64,000 nucleotides of DNA, from contig NC_043014.1 in the NCBI RefSeq assembly GCF_006345805.1, positions 28,706,001 to 28,770,000 of the forward strand. Direction: 5' to 3'. The position numbers and the translations under genes were made by a program. A model generated the notes under the pieces. The model saw nothing but the letters and a program-made list of their open reading frames with translations. It was not told where the DNA came from and did not search any database. Each line of letters begins with the position of its first letter. Within the stretch, counting starts at the first letter, position 1. Of the stretch, positions 13,802 through 24,949 are shown piece by piece. This DNA comes from Octopus sinensis (lineage: Eukaryota).

Positions 13802-13867
13802 TAAAATTATAAATTAGGGTACCTACGAGATACCACCATCTTGTAGCTACCCTAACTTATAATTTTA
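13802..13867. repeat. 30-bp hairpin abutting (TA)n
   Basis: 13802-13831 versus 13838-13867: 3 mismatches, loop ACCACC. Confidence 0.9.
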
Positions 13868-14056
13868 ATAATTATTACCTTTGAAGGTTATTTTTTCCAT
13901 GCTGACTACTTGATAAGTTCGTTATTTATTTTAAATTAACGATATTATCCTTATTTATATAAATTTAAATATATCTATATCTATCTATCTGTATATTATA
14001 TATATATATATATTATATATATATACATACATACATATATATATACACACATATAC

Positions 14057-14113
<57 letters not shown>

Positions 14114-14150
14114 CATACACACACACACATATATATATATGCTTATATAT

Positions 14151-14320
14151 GGCGACAAGCTGGCCCAATCGCTACTTTTTCGTTCGTCTTTGCGTTCTGG
14201 GTTCAGATTCCACCGGGGTCGACTTTGCCTTTCATCATTTCGGGGTTAATAAAATAAGTACCTGTTGATATTGGGGACAATGTAATCGACTAGCACCCTC
14301 TCTCGAAGCTGCTGTTTTTG
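14151..14320 (+). mobile_element. Degenerate SINE family A
   Basis: GGGGTCGACTTTGCCTTTCATCATTTCGGGG core. Confidence 0.8.
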
Positions 14321-14419
14321 TGTATGATACATAATGGTAGTGTTTCATAATCCGTGAAAGACGGTTCTGCAATTTCCTTGCTGTATAAGCTGCAAAAATA
14401 GAGTGTTTACAGTAATCAA

Positions 14420-14665
14420 ATGTTGGTGTTGTATATTAGCTGCCCATTAAGCAAATCGATATTGCCCGAAGAGGTGAAAAGTGTACCACACTTCAGGTGT
14501 CGAAGTGATCATAGAGCAACGTGAATACTTGATATGACCACCCAGATCTGCACCCGCAACCGGCACCACAACGCAGCACTTTGTCCAGGTATTGAAACCA
14601 CGATCTTGAGATTGCGAGTGCAATACTCTGACCACCTGACCATGCGGCCTCACACGCAATACATA
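14420..14665 (-). mobile_element. Degenerate tRNA-derived SINE related to family C
   Basis: Minus strand reads GAGGCCGCATGGTCAGGTGGTCAGAG...GGTTTCAATACC (A-box and B-box-like). Confidence 0.6.
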
Positions 14666-14695
14666 TATGTATGCAGTCAAGCGTGTGTCCGTTGA

Positions 14696-14728
<33 letters not shown>

Positions 14729-14790
14729 GAGTCGTATTTGACCATACAGAACTGGACGTGATACCATTCTAATAGCATTGCAGCTGCAAA

Positions 14791-14849
<59 letters not shown>

Positions 14850-14982
14850 ATGATAATAATAATAATAATAATAGTAATAATAATGATGATGATGATGATA
14901 ATAATAATGATAATAATAATAATATTAATAATAATAATAATAATAATAATAATTATTATTATTATTATAATTATAATAATGA
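14791..14982. repeat. (TAC)n-(AAT)n-(ATT)n compound trinucleotide array
   Basis: Read directly. Confidence 0.95.
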
Positions 14983-15467
14983 CTTAATTGACATTATTCA
15001 CTGCAGCTTTTTCTAATTATTTAATTGACGCTCCATCAAAATACCACGTGTTGAAAAATGTTCGATGTTTATTGCATCTATAAATAGCAACACAATATTT
15101 GAATAAAAAAAAATAAATAAATAAAAAGTAATAAAAAAATTAATAACAGCGATAATAATCTTTCAGCTGGATGGTGCACTCCCTTACATCAAGGGAAATA
15201 CGAAATGTATTTTGTGATAAACAAGTAATTAGGGCCCCCTACTGATCTGTATCATTGACATGTTATAGCGTTAATTTATTCACGAGAAACATGCTCTTTC
15301 CAGGGAGAGATGGCAATATTATGTAAACATCGTACTATGTTGGTAGTTACTAGAATAATAATTCCCAATATTATTATTTACTGAGATCTCTTTGTATCCT
15401 CTTAATTTAGTTTGCCTTTTCTTTTTATCTATTAGTATAACCGAGGAATTGATTTGATAAATATATC

Positions 15468-15481
15468 TGTCTGTTTGTCTA

Positions 15482-15560
<79 letters not shown>

Positions 15561-15564
15561 TCTG

Positions 15565-15633
<69 letters not shown>

Positions 15634-16015
15634 GAGTGTGTGTGTGTGTCTGTCGATATGTCTATCTGTGTGTATGTCTTTCCATCTATGTATCTGTCTA
15701 TATGTTTATGTATGTATGTATGTATGTATGCATGTATGCATGTATGTATGTATATATGTATGTATGTGTATATGTATGTATGTATATATGTATGTATGTA
15801 TGTATATATGTATGTATATATATATGTATATATGTATGTATGTATGTATATGTGTATGTATGCATGTATGTATGTATGTATGCATGTATGTATATATATA
15901 TGTATGTATATATATATGTATATATGTATGTATGTATGTATGCATGTATGTATGTATGTATGTATGCATGTATGTATGTATGTATGTATGTATCTATCTA
16001 TCTATCTATCTATTT
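15468..16015. repeat. Compound tetranucleotide array (TCTG/TCTA/TATG)
   Basis: Read directly. Confidence 0.95.
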
Positions 16016-16585
16016 ATCAATCCATTCGTCAGTCTGCCTGTCTCTCAGTCCGTCCATGCGTTCGTTTGTCTGTCTGCCTGTCTGTCTGTCTGTCTCAACA
16101 TCTGTCTATCTCCTATCTATTTATATGCTTGTGGTGTGTGTATATCACAGTATGCACATACATGTGAGTACAGGTACAGAAACAGACATATACATACGCA
16201 CCCGCACATGCTATCTGACTTCCTATAACCCCGAAAATACCAGTCACACCCACGCTAACTTGGAAAAGCTTCTCTTTCTCTCTCCCCCTCTCACTCTTTG
16301 TCTCTTACACATCAACACCCACACACTCACACATGCTGCCAATACATTACATGTTGCCCTTATACCTGAAAATGTCACTGTCACTCACGTACACACACAC
16401 ACTCTACTAATACGTCTAAAAATGGCACTTCCACAAACACACACATAAACCATTCAAAGTGAGTGCCCTCAAGATGGTCGCAAAAATTGCAAGAAATTGT
16501 AGCAAAATCTCCCTCAAATCACACTTTATCACTTCAAACAATTCAGAGCAAATTGAATCAAGTCCTATGAGTGAAAGAAACGTCA

Positions 16586-16885
16586 CCCTTTCCAAGCCTA
16601 GCCAGGTTCATGGGCTCGGTTTCCCGGTTTCTGTGGCGTATGTGTTCCCCCCAACTGGACGGGACGCCAGTCCATCACAGCGTCACTCGAGAAACAGGAA
16701 GAGAAAGTGAGAGAAAGTTGTGGCGAAAGAGTACAATAGGGTCGCCATCACCCTCTGCCGGATCATTGTGGAGCTTTTAGGTGTTTTCACTCAATAAACA
16801 TACGCAACACCCGGTCTGGGAATCGAAACAGCGATCCTCCAAGCGCGATTCCGCTGCCCTAGCCACTTGGCCATTGCACCTCCAC
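16586..16885 (-). mobile_element. SINE family C, full length, with 14-bp TSD
   Basis: Head TGGAGGTGCAATGGCCAAGTGGCTAGGG...GTTTCGATTCCC; ATGAGTGAAAGAAA at 16567-16580 and 16886-16899. Confidence 0.95.
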
Positions 16886-17737
16886 ATGAGTGAAAGAAAA
16901 GAATGAAAAAAAAAAAAAAAGGGAATGGAATGTACAAGGTTTGAACGCCTTTGGTTGCAAGTGAGCTCGATTAGGGTGTACTCGAGGCTAAACAGCAACA
17001 CAAACACAAACACACATGATCAATAAATAAATTAATTGAACTACTAATACCTCTTTGTCCACATGTCAGTCTGTCTGCTTATCTGGCTGCCAATTTAAAG
17101 CTTTAGTAATTTTCTAAACAACTTTAGTCATCCTAAATTAATTTCACAAGTCTTTTGTTCTATGAAGCTGGATTTTTTTTTCTATTTGCTTAAGAGTAGT
17201 GTTGAGATTAATAGCAACAGGTCTGCGATAAGATCGCACCGGTTACATAGCAGTTCCAGCCATTACTTCACACTATGACTGATGTTGTTTGTTTAGTATT
17301 CTCACCACTCCTCATCTGACTTTTGTGTCTGGAATATACAGCAGAGCATCCAGTGCAAGTCGAGGAAGTGTGTGTGTGTGTGTGTGTGTGTGTGTCAGGG
17401 GTGGGATGCATGTTTTAAGCGCATTCACTATGTCACTTTGACTGAAAAGGCAAGATGAACAAGATCTTGTGAAGTCTCAGAAATGGACAACTGAAAAATG
17501 TCCCAAGCGTAAGTGGATGAACTAATTACTGTATAATTTAATTTTTTCATTATAACGTTTTATTAGACAAATTTTTGAAATTTCAATTTATTTCCATGTT
17601 ATGTATATTTCTGATATGTTGGGAAGCATATACGTAAAATTATGAATTTTGTTTGCATGTTTACCTGTTATTGTAAAACTCTACAAGGCATTTATACTTC
17701 ATAGAATACTTTCGCGTATGCTTTCGAACTTTGAGTT

Positions 17738-17823
<86 letters not shown>

Positions 17824-17859
17824 GAGAGAAAGAAGGGTGGAGAAATAGATACACATGCA

Positions 17860-17915
<56 letters not shown>

Positions 17916-17918
17916 TAC

Positions 17919-18115
17919 TTTATAGAAGGAGCTTCTACAGGACTAGAACTGTTTCATTCAAAAGAAATTTTGAATGATTTCTTTTTGATGATTTCTTTTG
18001 AATGAAACAGTTCTAGTCCTGTTGAAGCTCCTTCTATAAAATAAATTAATTTACTCTGCTATGTATTGAGTACCTTATTTACTGTGGTTAACCCCGACTC
18101 AACCCGGGACCTACA
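17919..18115 (+). mobile_element. (TA)n-flanked fold-back mini-element with a degenerate hammerhead-like core (Penelope-like terminus)
   Basis: About 50-bp arms (17919-17968 and 17991-18040). TTGATGA...GAAA...GTC at 17985-18018, then AATAAA, TACTCT and GTATTGAGTAC as in the 21846 element. Confidence 0.55.
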
Positions 18116-18157
18116 TATATATATATATATATATATACATATATATATGTATATGTA

Positions 18158-18216
<59 letters not shown>

Positions 18217-18217
18217 A

Positions 18218-18296
<79 letters not shown>

Positions 18297-20039
18297 ATAC
18301 AGCTTGTGTGTGTGTATTTAAATGACTATGTTTGTACAGATCTTTACTTAGGTGTGCACTGAAATTAGTGTCTTCCATTTTACGCCACTTTTAGGTGTTT
18401 TCCTCAGTGATATACAATAAAGAAGGGAAAAAAAACGATCGCGTTCGAAATAAAACCGTAATGAGATATTAATAGAAAGGAAAATGTATTAATGTTAGCA
18501 ATAAGCTTGTCTCCAGAGGCACATGTCATGTGAAAATAACTCTCTCTCATTGTCTGATGAACGCCAGACACCAGACAACAATATTACAACATTTGTGAAG
18601 AATTGTATTAGATTCGACTTCCTCTAACACATGTTTTCAATATTTTTCTTTATTAGTTATGATTATATTGATTAAATGAAAAAAGTGTATACCATTGGGT
18701 GTATAATAAAACAATTCATTGCATTTCGTAGATTATTCTAAATTTGTATTAATTTAATTAACTCACAAAATTCTAAACGTGTACACATACATATAGTTAA
18801 AGGCGTAGTTGTTTTAATATATTACGCTAATTTCAGTCAAGAGATATGCATCCACATATATATACATACACATTGACAACTAATTTTTGAAACTTTAAAC
18901 ATTGCACAACGTATTGTGCACTTATTTCCTGTACACTGCAAAAGCAAAAGTATAGGCGCACACACACACACACACACACATACACAATAATACACACACA
19001 AATGAATTATATTGACAACGCTAGATGGAATTATTTAAAACACAGAGTTTGTAGAAACGTGTCAAGGAAAAAATGAATGTTGAGTTAAAAGATTTAAGAT
19101 TAAAGGTAAACGTGTGATAAACAAGTTTTCTGCAGTTTTGCGAATATTATTAAAAAAAAAAATTTTGTTCATTTTATTTTCTAATGTGAATAGTAGACAC
19201 CATTAATAATGCAACTGACAGACTATCAAATATTGACTGAAAAGTGTGTCTGGACTGTTAAGACGTTTAACACCTCAGACTCTGCTTTTAATGTGGCATA
19301 ACTGGGAAGGCTTAAAGGAGAATATATTTTTGCGAGAAAATGAAACCCAAGCGGATACACACACTCAGACTTCGATATTGGAAATTACTAAAAAGGATAT
19401 CTAACTGTGGTATTAAACTAAATCAATCCTAGTATTTGGTTATTGTGTTATTGATCTCAGGAGGATGAATTACAAAGTTAACTCTTGGGCTATTTAAGTA
19501 GAGAATATAAGATGATTCCGTAAACCAACTTTGTTCTATGAATTCAACTACTCCATCGCCGATTTGTGTGTGATGTTGCACCAGTTCAACCACTTTGCTT
19601 CTCTGTTAATACGACAATAACTATAGCAGGAATGGAAATATGAAGATTACAATAGCAAAACAGTATATTAGATAGAATATCATTAATTTGCTTTTAGTTA
19701 AAGCAGTAAATGATAACACACTTATGTCTTCGTCTAAGCCATAATTTCAAGTGAAGAAATGAATCGGAGATATATTACCCATATGTAATTCTAATGTTAT
19801 TCTGTCCTTTTCCTGCTCTCCTTCTTTATTTATTAGTTTGTTTGTTTATCCCTTGTTTGTTCTATAATCTTGACTATAATATATCTCCGATATCTATCTG
19901 GATAGTTTCTTCAAATTTTTGTTTTCAGTTTTCTGCTTTGCACACGCGCTCGCAAACACACACACAAACACACACACACACAACGCACTCATACACAGAT
20001 GCTTACATCAATGAATATAGAAATAACAGTGAGTTAGTT

Positions 20040-20425
20040 GAGACCAATGGTCCAGTCAAAGGTAGTTACTCGGAATCAAGTGGATTAACCTCAAAGCCAA
20101 CCATTGTCATTCTCGACATCTGCTCTACCAATCTCCACTTCAACTTGTTTACATCTTCTTAAATGTTGCGTAGATTCATTTGCTTTCGCATCTCTTGTGT
20201 TGTTCTCTCCCTCCATGTGACATCGTGTATAGTTCTTTCGCGAGATCGTATCATAGTTCCCATGCCTTTTTTTCTATTACTATCGAACACCAGCTCTATA
20301 GACTGTATGCTTCTGTTGATAGCGCATGTATTAAGTAACTTTTTTTTCGCAAAGGTGGTGATGTCCGACTTCAATATGGAGCGACGTCGACCAAAAACTG
20401 CCAGTGTGATCCATTTTGGTGGATA
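20040..20425 (-). mobile_element. RTE-clade LINE RT C-terminal fragment
   Basis: AVFGRRRSILKS...KKKLLNTCAI...RTIHDVTWRERTT...DVNKLKWR, matching the RTE pattern (MLGxTxxD...KLKWRWAGH). Confidence 0.7.
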
Positions 20426-21057
20426 GATGGATCGATCGATGTACAAATGTATATGTGTATGCATGTATGGAGTGGCCGAATTCGTAAGAAGTTTGTTTCG
20501 CCATCATGAAGTTCAAGGGCCGAACCCCATTGCTTTGCATCTTCGGCCAGTATAATTTATTATAGCGTGAGTTTGATCCAAGTCTTGTAAGAAGCAGTGG
20601 TAGACTATACGATGGATTGTATCTGTAAATCTAAGACCAGCTTGTCTTTTCATAAAGCACGTTAATCTGATTTTGCTTCATAATTATGTCAAAGACACTT
20701 TATACATAATTCCAACACCAACACCAACACTACCATCCCCATTACCACTACTACCATTATCTTTGCAACCATCACAATCACCTACAAAACTGATACGAAA
20801 TTCATCAGCACCACCACTAGAAGCCACAATGCCAATTACAACACAATACTTTTCGAAACAACTACCATGGCAACCATTCAAAGGAACGTCTATGCAGCCA
20901 CATCTGCTAGAAATAACACACTACACTCTCTCAAATCAAACAAATGAAGTGGTTGTTGCAAGGTAATTTATTCGCTGCTGCTTTAATGTGTATGTATGTA
21001 TGTATGTATGTATGTATGTAGTATGTATGTATGTATGTATGTATGTATGTATGTATG

Positions 21058-21116
<59 letters not shown>

Positions 21117-21805
21117 CAAAGGAATGAGTATTGTAAAATCGAGGCGGATACTTTTGAAGCACTCTGTAGTAATCCAAATTCATGGACTAGGTCGGCCTGA
21201 GAGAAACATTAAGACTTCTGAAGACCATAGAATTCTATCTGTGTTCCTCCTCCATTAGTAAATCCTAAGTTCACTAGGAAGAATTTCATGTAACATTCCA
21301 AAGTATATTTAAAAAGACAAAGACGAATAGGGTGTTACGGAGACTTTCATTTCATAAATTTATAACTTATCAAACTGTCCACGTATGTTTCTGACATGCT
21401 AGTTTTGTCTAGCACTTTACTGCAATGAATTTCCAAGTTAGTCGATCCATATTAAATGGATTATAGTGTTACAGATATCTATAAAATAATCGCCAGTGTA
21501 TCGTTCTCAAGGCACAACCACAGTTATGAATATACATACATACATACATACATTCGTATGGCTGTATGTGTGCTTGTGTATGATATTATATATATATTAT
21601 GCACACACACACACACGCACATGCACGCACACACGCACATGCACGCACACACGCACGCATACACACAAACACACACACACGCACGCATACATATATACAC
21701 ACAAACATACACTCACGCACGCACACATACATACACACACGCACACACGTATGCACACACAAACATATATATATGTACGACGTGTGTGTATATATATTAT
21801 ATACA

Positions 21806-21845
<40 letters not shown>

Positions 21846-21847
<2 letters not shown>

Positions 21848-22020
21848 GAGTAAACACATAAATGTGAAACAAGGTGGGAAAAGAGTACTCAAATACCAGG
21901 GGTAGAGTAATGGGCTTTATTTAAAAGCAGCAGTTTTGTTAACAAAACTGTCCGACGAACGGGAACGTGAAACTCCGAGTAACAGGTTTTGTTGAATTTC
22001 TGCTGCTTTTAAATAAAGTA
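21846..22020 (+). mobile_element. Penelope-like terminal-repeat mini-element between TA tracts
   Basis: Outer 19-bp inverted repeat (21915-21933 and 22000-22018), perfect 20-bp palindrome 21931-21950, and an internal hammerhead. Confidence 0.7.
21939..21995 (+). ncRNA. Type I hammerhead ribozyme motif (U4C variant)
   Basis: Stem I CTGT/ACAG plus a 1-nt bulge and 9 more pairs; core CCGACGA (21952-21958; consensus CUGANGA); stem II ACG-GGAA-CGT; GAAA 21969-21972; near-palindromic stem III ACTCCGAGT; cleavage triplet GUA ending at 21981. Confidence 0.85.
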
Positions 22021-24019
22021 TACATATATATATTATAAACCCATGCATATCAATACACGAGTGCGTGCATGTGTATTTTCAAGTACGTACTTTTGTCATA
22101 TTAAATAGTTGTCACCTGGCATCGATAGGATAACGTTTAATGTAAAGTATTATAATCATATTTACGTCAATACAATTATGTGACGCTTTCATCCATGTAA
22201 TTGTTATTGACTTATTTCAGTGTCATTTGTATTTAAGGCGAGATGTAAGGCGGTAAGATAAAGGATGTTAATGATGTCAAAAGTTTTAGCGAAGTAAAAA
22301 AAGCCTTTGTTGATAAGATCTACTGTTAAATCGATGGTGCCCCAGCATGACCACAGCTTTCGAGGTGAAACTAGTTAAAGAGTTACTAATGTAAATGAGA
22401 GATAAGCAATAGTATTTCTGTACAGCAAAAGGAAATACATGTTCTCTTTATATTAAAGCGAATGAGACTATTTGCCTAGAAGCTTGAAATAGAAAATGGC
22501 CAGGTATGCATATATATTTGCTTTGCCAATTGAAGATAAGATTATTAGGAGTGCTAGATAAATGAAGATAATAGCAGAAACTTGTTTATGGTTTTTTAGG
22601 TTTATATTTATTGTCAGTTGCTGAACATTTGGTCAAAGCAATTAGTTGAGCTTGCTACACAAAAACCGTTCATAACAATTGTGTACCTATGTTCAACCCC
22701 GAAGGATGCTAAAACATGCGACCAGCAGAATAAACAACGACATCCAGAAGAACCCATGCAGAATGCATAGCAGAACGGAACTATCTGCAGTAGATTAAGT
22801 GAATAGACACCTTTTCAGCAATGTTGCCTTGTACCATGGGGACGATAACAAAAATAAAATTAGGATAATAAACTAGCAGTGATAGGGAGATAGCAAGAAA
22901 ACTGGGAATTTTAGAGTCTTGTTTGTTTGTTTCTTTTTGCATCTATTTCGGCTTTAATGCTGATAAAGGCTTGCAGTAAAAGGAATTTCTTTTTAGCGGA
23001 AGAGATATTCTGTATATGGCAATTTAAAACTGAAATTCTTTGAAACGGTGAACTGTAGCGTCAAGAATCTTGTTTGCTGCATTCAAATAAACACACACAT
23101 ATACAAACATGCACACTGACATCCACAGATATAATCCGTGATTGCGTATGAAAACATACATTCATAAATATTCGTACGTATACTGCACAAACACATATAC
23201 ATATGAATGGCTTCATCGCAGTCAGGCAACTGTACATTTGCACAGACATATGAATATATATTTAACTAAATACATATGCGTGTATGTGTATGAATAATTA
23301 CATAACTGAATAAAATATACATAAATACATGCTTGGTTGGAAAGCTGAAACAAATTTCCGTTCTCTTAATGTAAATGTATATAAGATGTATATGGATGTT
23401 TTCGGCTATCCTCGTGCTTATGAAATGTATTACTGATTTGTATATATGTAACCATGTTTTTTTTATACATACATAAACACACTCACAGACACACTCATAT
23501 ACACACAAGCAGATACAAAATACATATATATGTATGCACACATGAACATATGATTATGTGTGTGAGTTTAGTGTGTATTTATGTATACTGCATGTACGCA
23601 TATGTGTATATATGCATGAGCATAAATAAGTATAAATGTACGTATAATACATATGTGAGCGTGTTTTAGCATGCATGTATGTACGTACGCCAGCGTATGT
23701 GTATCTATGTATGTCTTTATATCCTACTATAAAAGTGTAAACATATGTATGCTCACAGATGTACATAGATACAGTAAAAAGTAAATATGTGGTGAGGAGA
23801 TAGAAGATCTAAAATTCATTCGTTGTTGAAAAACTCTCTTATTTCCATATTGCTTTTTTTTTCCCTTTCTTTTTTAAACCCAGTCTTTCTAGTACAAATC
23901 ACGACAAGTCTCATCGAATATTTGTCGAACTGTCGTAGTAGATGCGCATTCACACGCACGTATACTCGGGCATATATACCGAAACTCAAAGCATAAACAC
24001 CCACTTACAAATTTTAGGT

Positions 24020-24400
24020 TTGTTCAAACGAAGAAGGTAGCTCTTAACAAGGTCGTTCTACCGACATTAAGGCTTCTTCATTCCGAAGCCAAATTCTCTG
24101 TACTCACACAGTAACATCTTTAAAAAAACCAGAAAAACGATTGGGTTGTATAGTCCCAGATATGCATAAAAATGGGATGGTCACAGATGCAACGTCTTTT
24201 ATCATTGCTCTGCTCGATCACAGCTGACATATACCATTATAACGAATCCTTTCCAGAATGCTTTAGGATTAAGAAGACTTGTTTTCAACTAATCTCAAGA
24301 TCCGTGGACAACAACAATATGTTGTTCAAAGACAGTCAGAAGATTTACTGTCTTATCATCTACGTAATTCCGCTCTTAGCTTTGGTAGACATGATGTTCC
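24020..24400 (+). mobile_element. Possible decayed RTE LINE fragment
   Basis: TKKVALNKVVLPTL and MGWSQMQR resemble RTE VLPxLLYG and RWAGHVxRM; weak. Confidence 0.3.
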
Positions 24401-24949
24401 TTATTTTGGAAAGGTTATAGTATATTATATAAGCACCTTATATATGACAATGTGACTGATGTATCGCAGTAACGACTGCGGTTGCATTATAACTTACATA
24501 ATATTAGTATCTGGATCGAATCCCAGTCTTCTACTCCAATCTTACATGCACCTGCCCGTTCAAAACTAATATTTTTTTCTACGTGTGAAAAATATACAAG
24601 TTTAATTTCTCGCTAAAACTCTCAGGAAATTGCAGAACATCTGACATGGCGAGGCCTAATTGGCATTGTAGAAATGAAAGGATAAGGTATATTGAAGAGA
24701 CGAGTCTAGTTAAAAGAAACTGTCGATATTCCATCGGTGAATTCTTTGGTGAATCTTCGTCTCATTGACATTTAAACAGGGAAATTATGCCCTCAAAAGC
24801 ATTCTAACATACTACTGTTATTGATATTTTTAATGCCCTTAATAGTAATACTGTTGAGATCTTAGATTGGCACAAGATTACCAGTTAGTAGTGAAGCGGA
24901 AGATTCCATTGTTTGATGCTCCACCTTGTCTATCATCCATTACACATCC

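Noticed and set aside
15150-15330. FQLDGALPY resembling the Tc1 FQQDGAPPH motif
   Set aside because: A single short motif without supporting context.
17337-17533. TA-CAG...CTG-TA bounded segment as a Tc1-type MITE
   Set aside because: The putative terminal inverted repeats match only patchily.
24685-24740. TTGAAGA...GAAACTGTC hammerhead-like spacing
   Set aside because: C3 is absent, stem II is not adjacent to GAAA and stem I is unconvincing.
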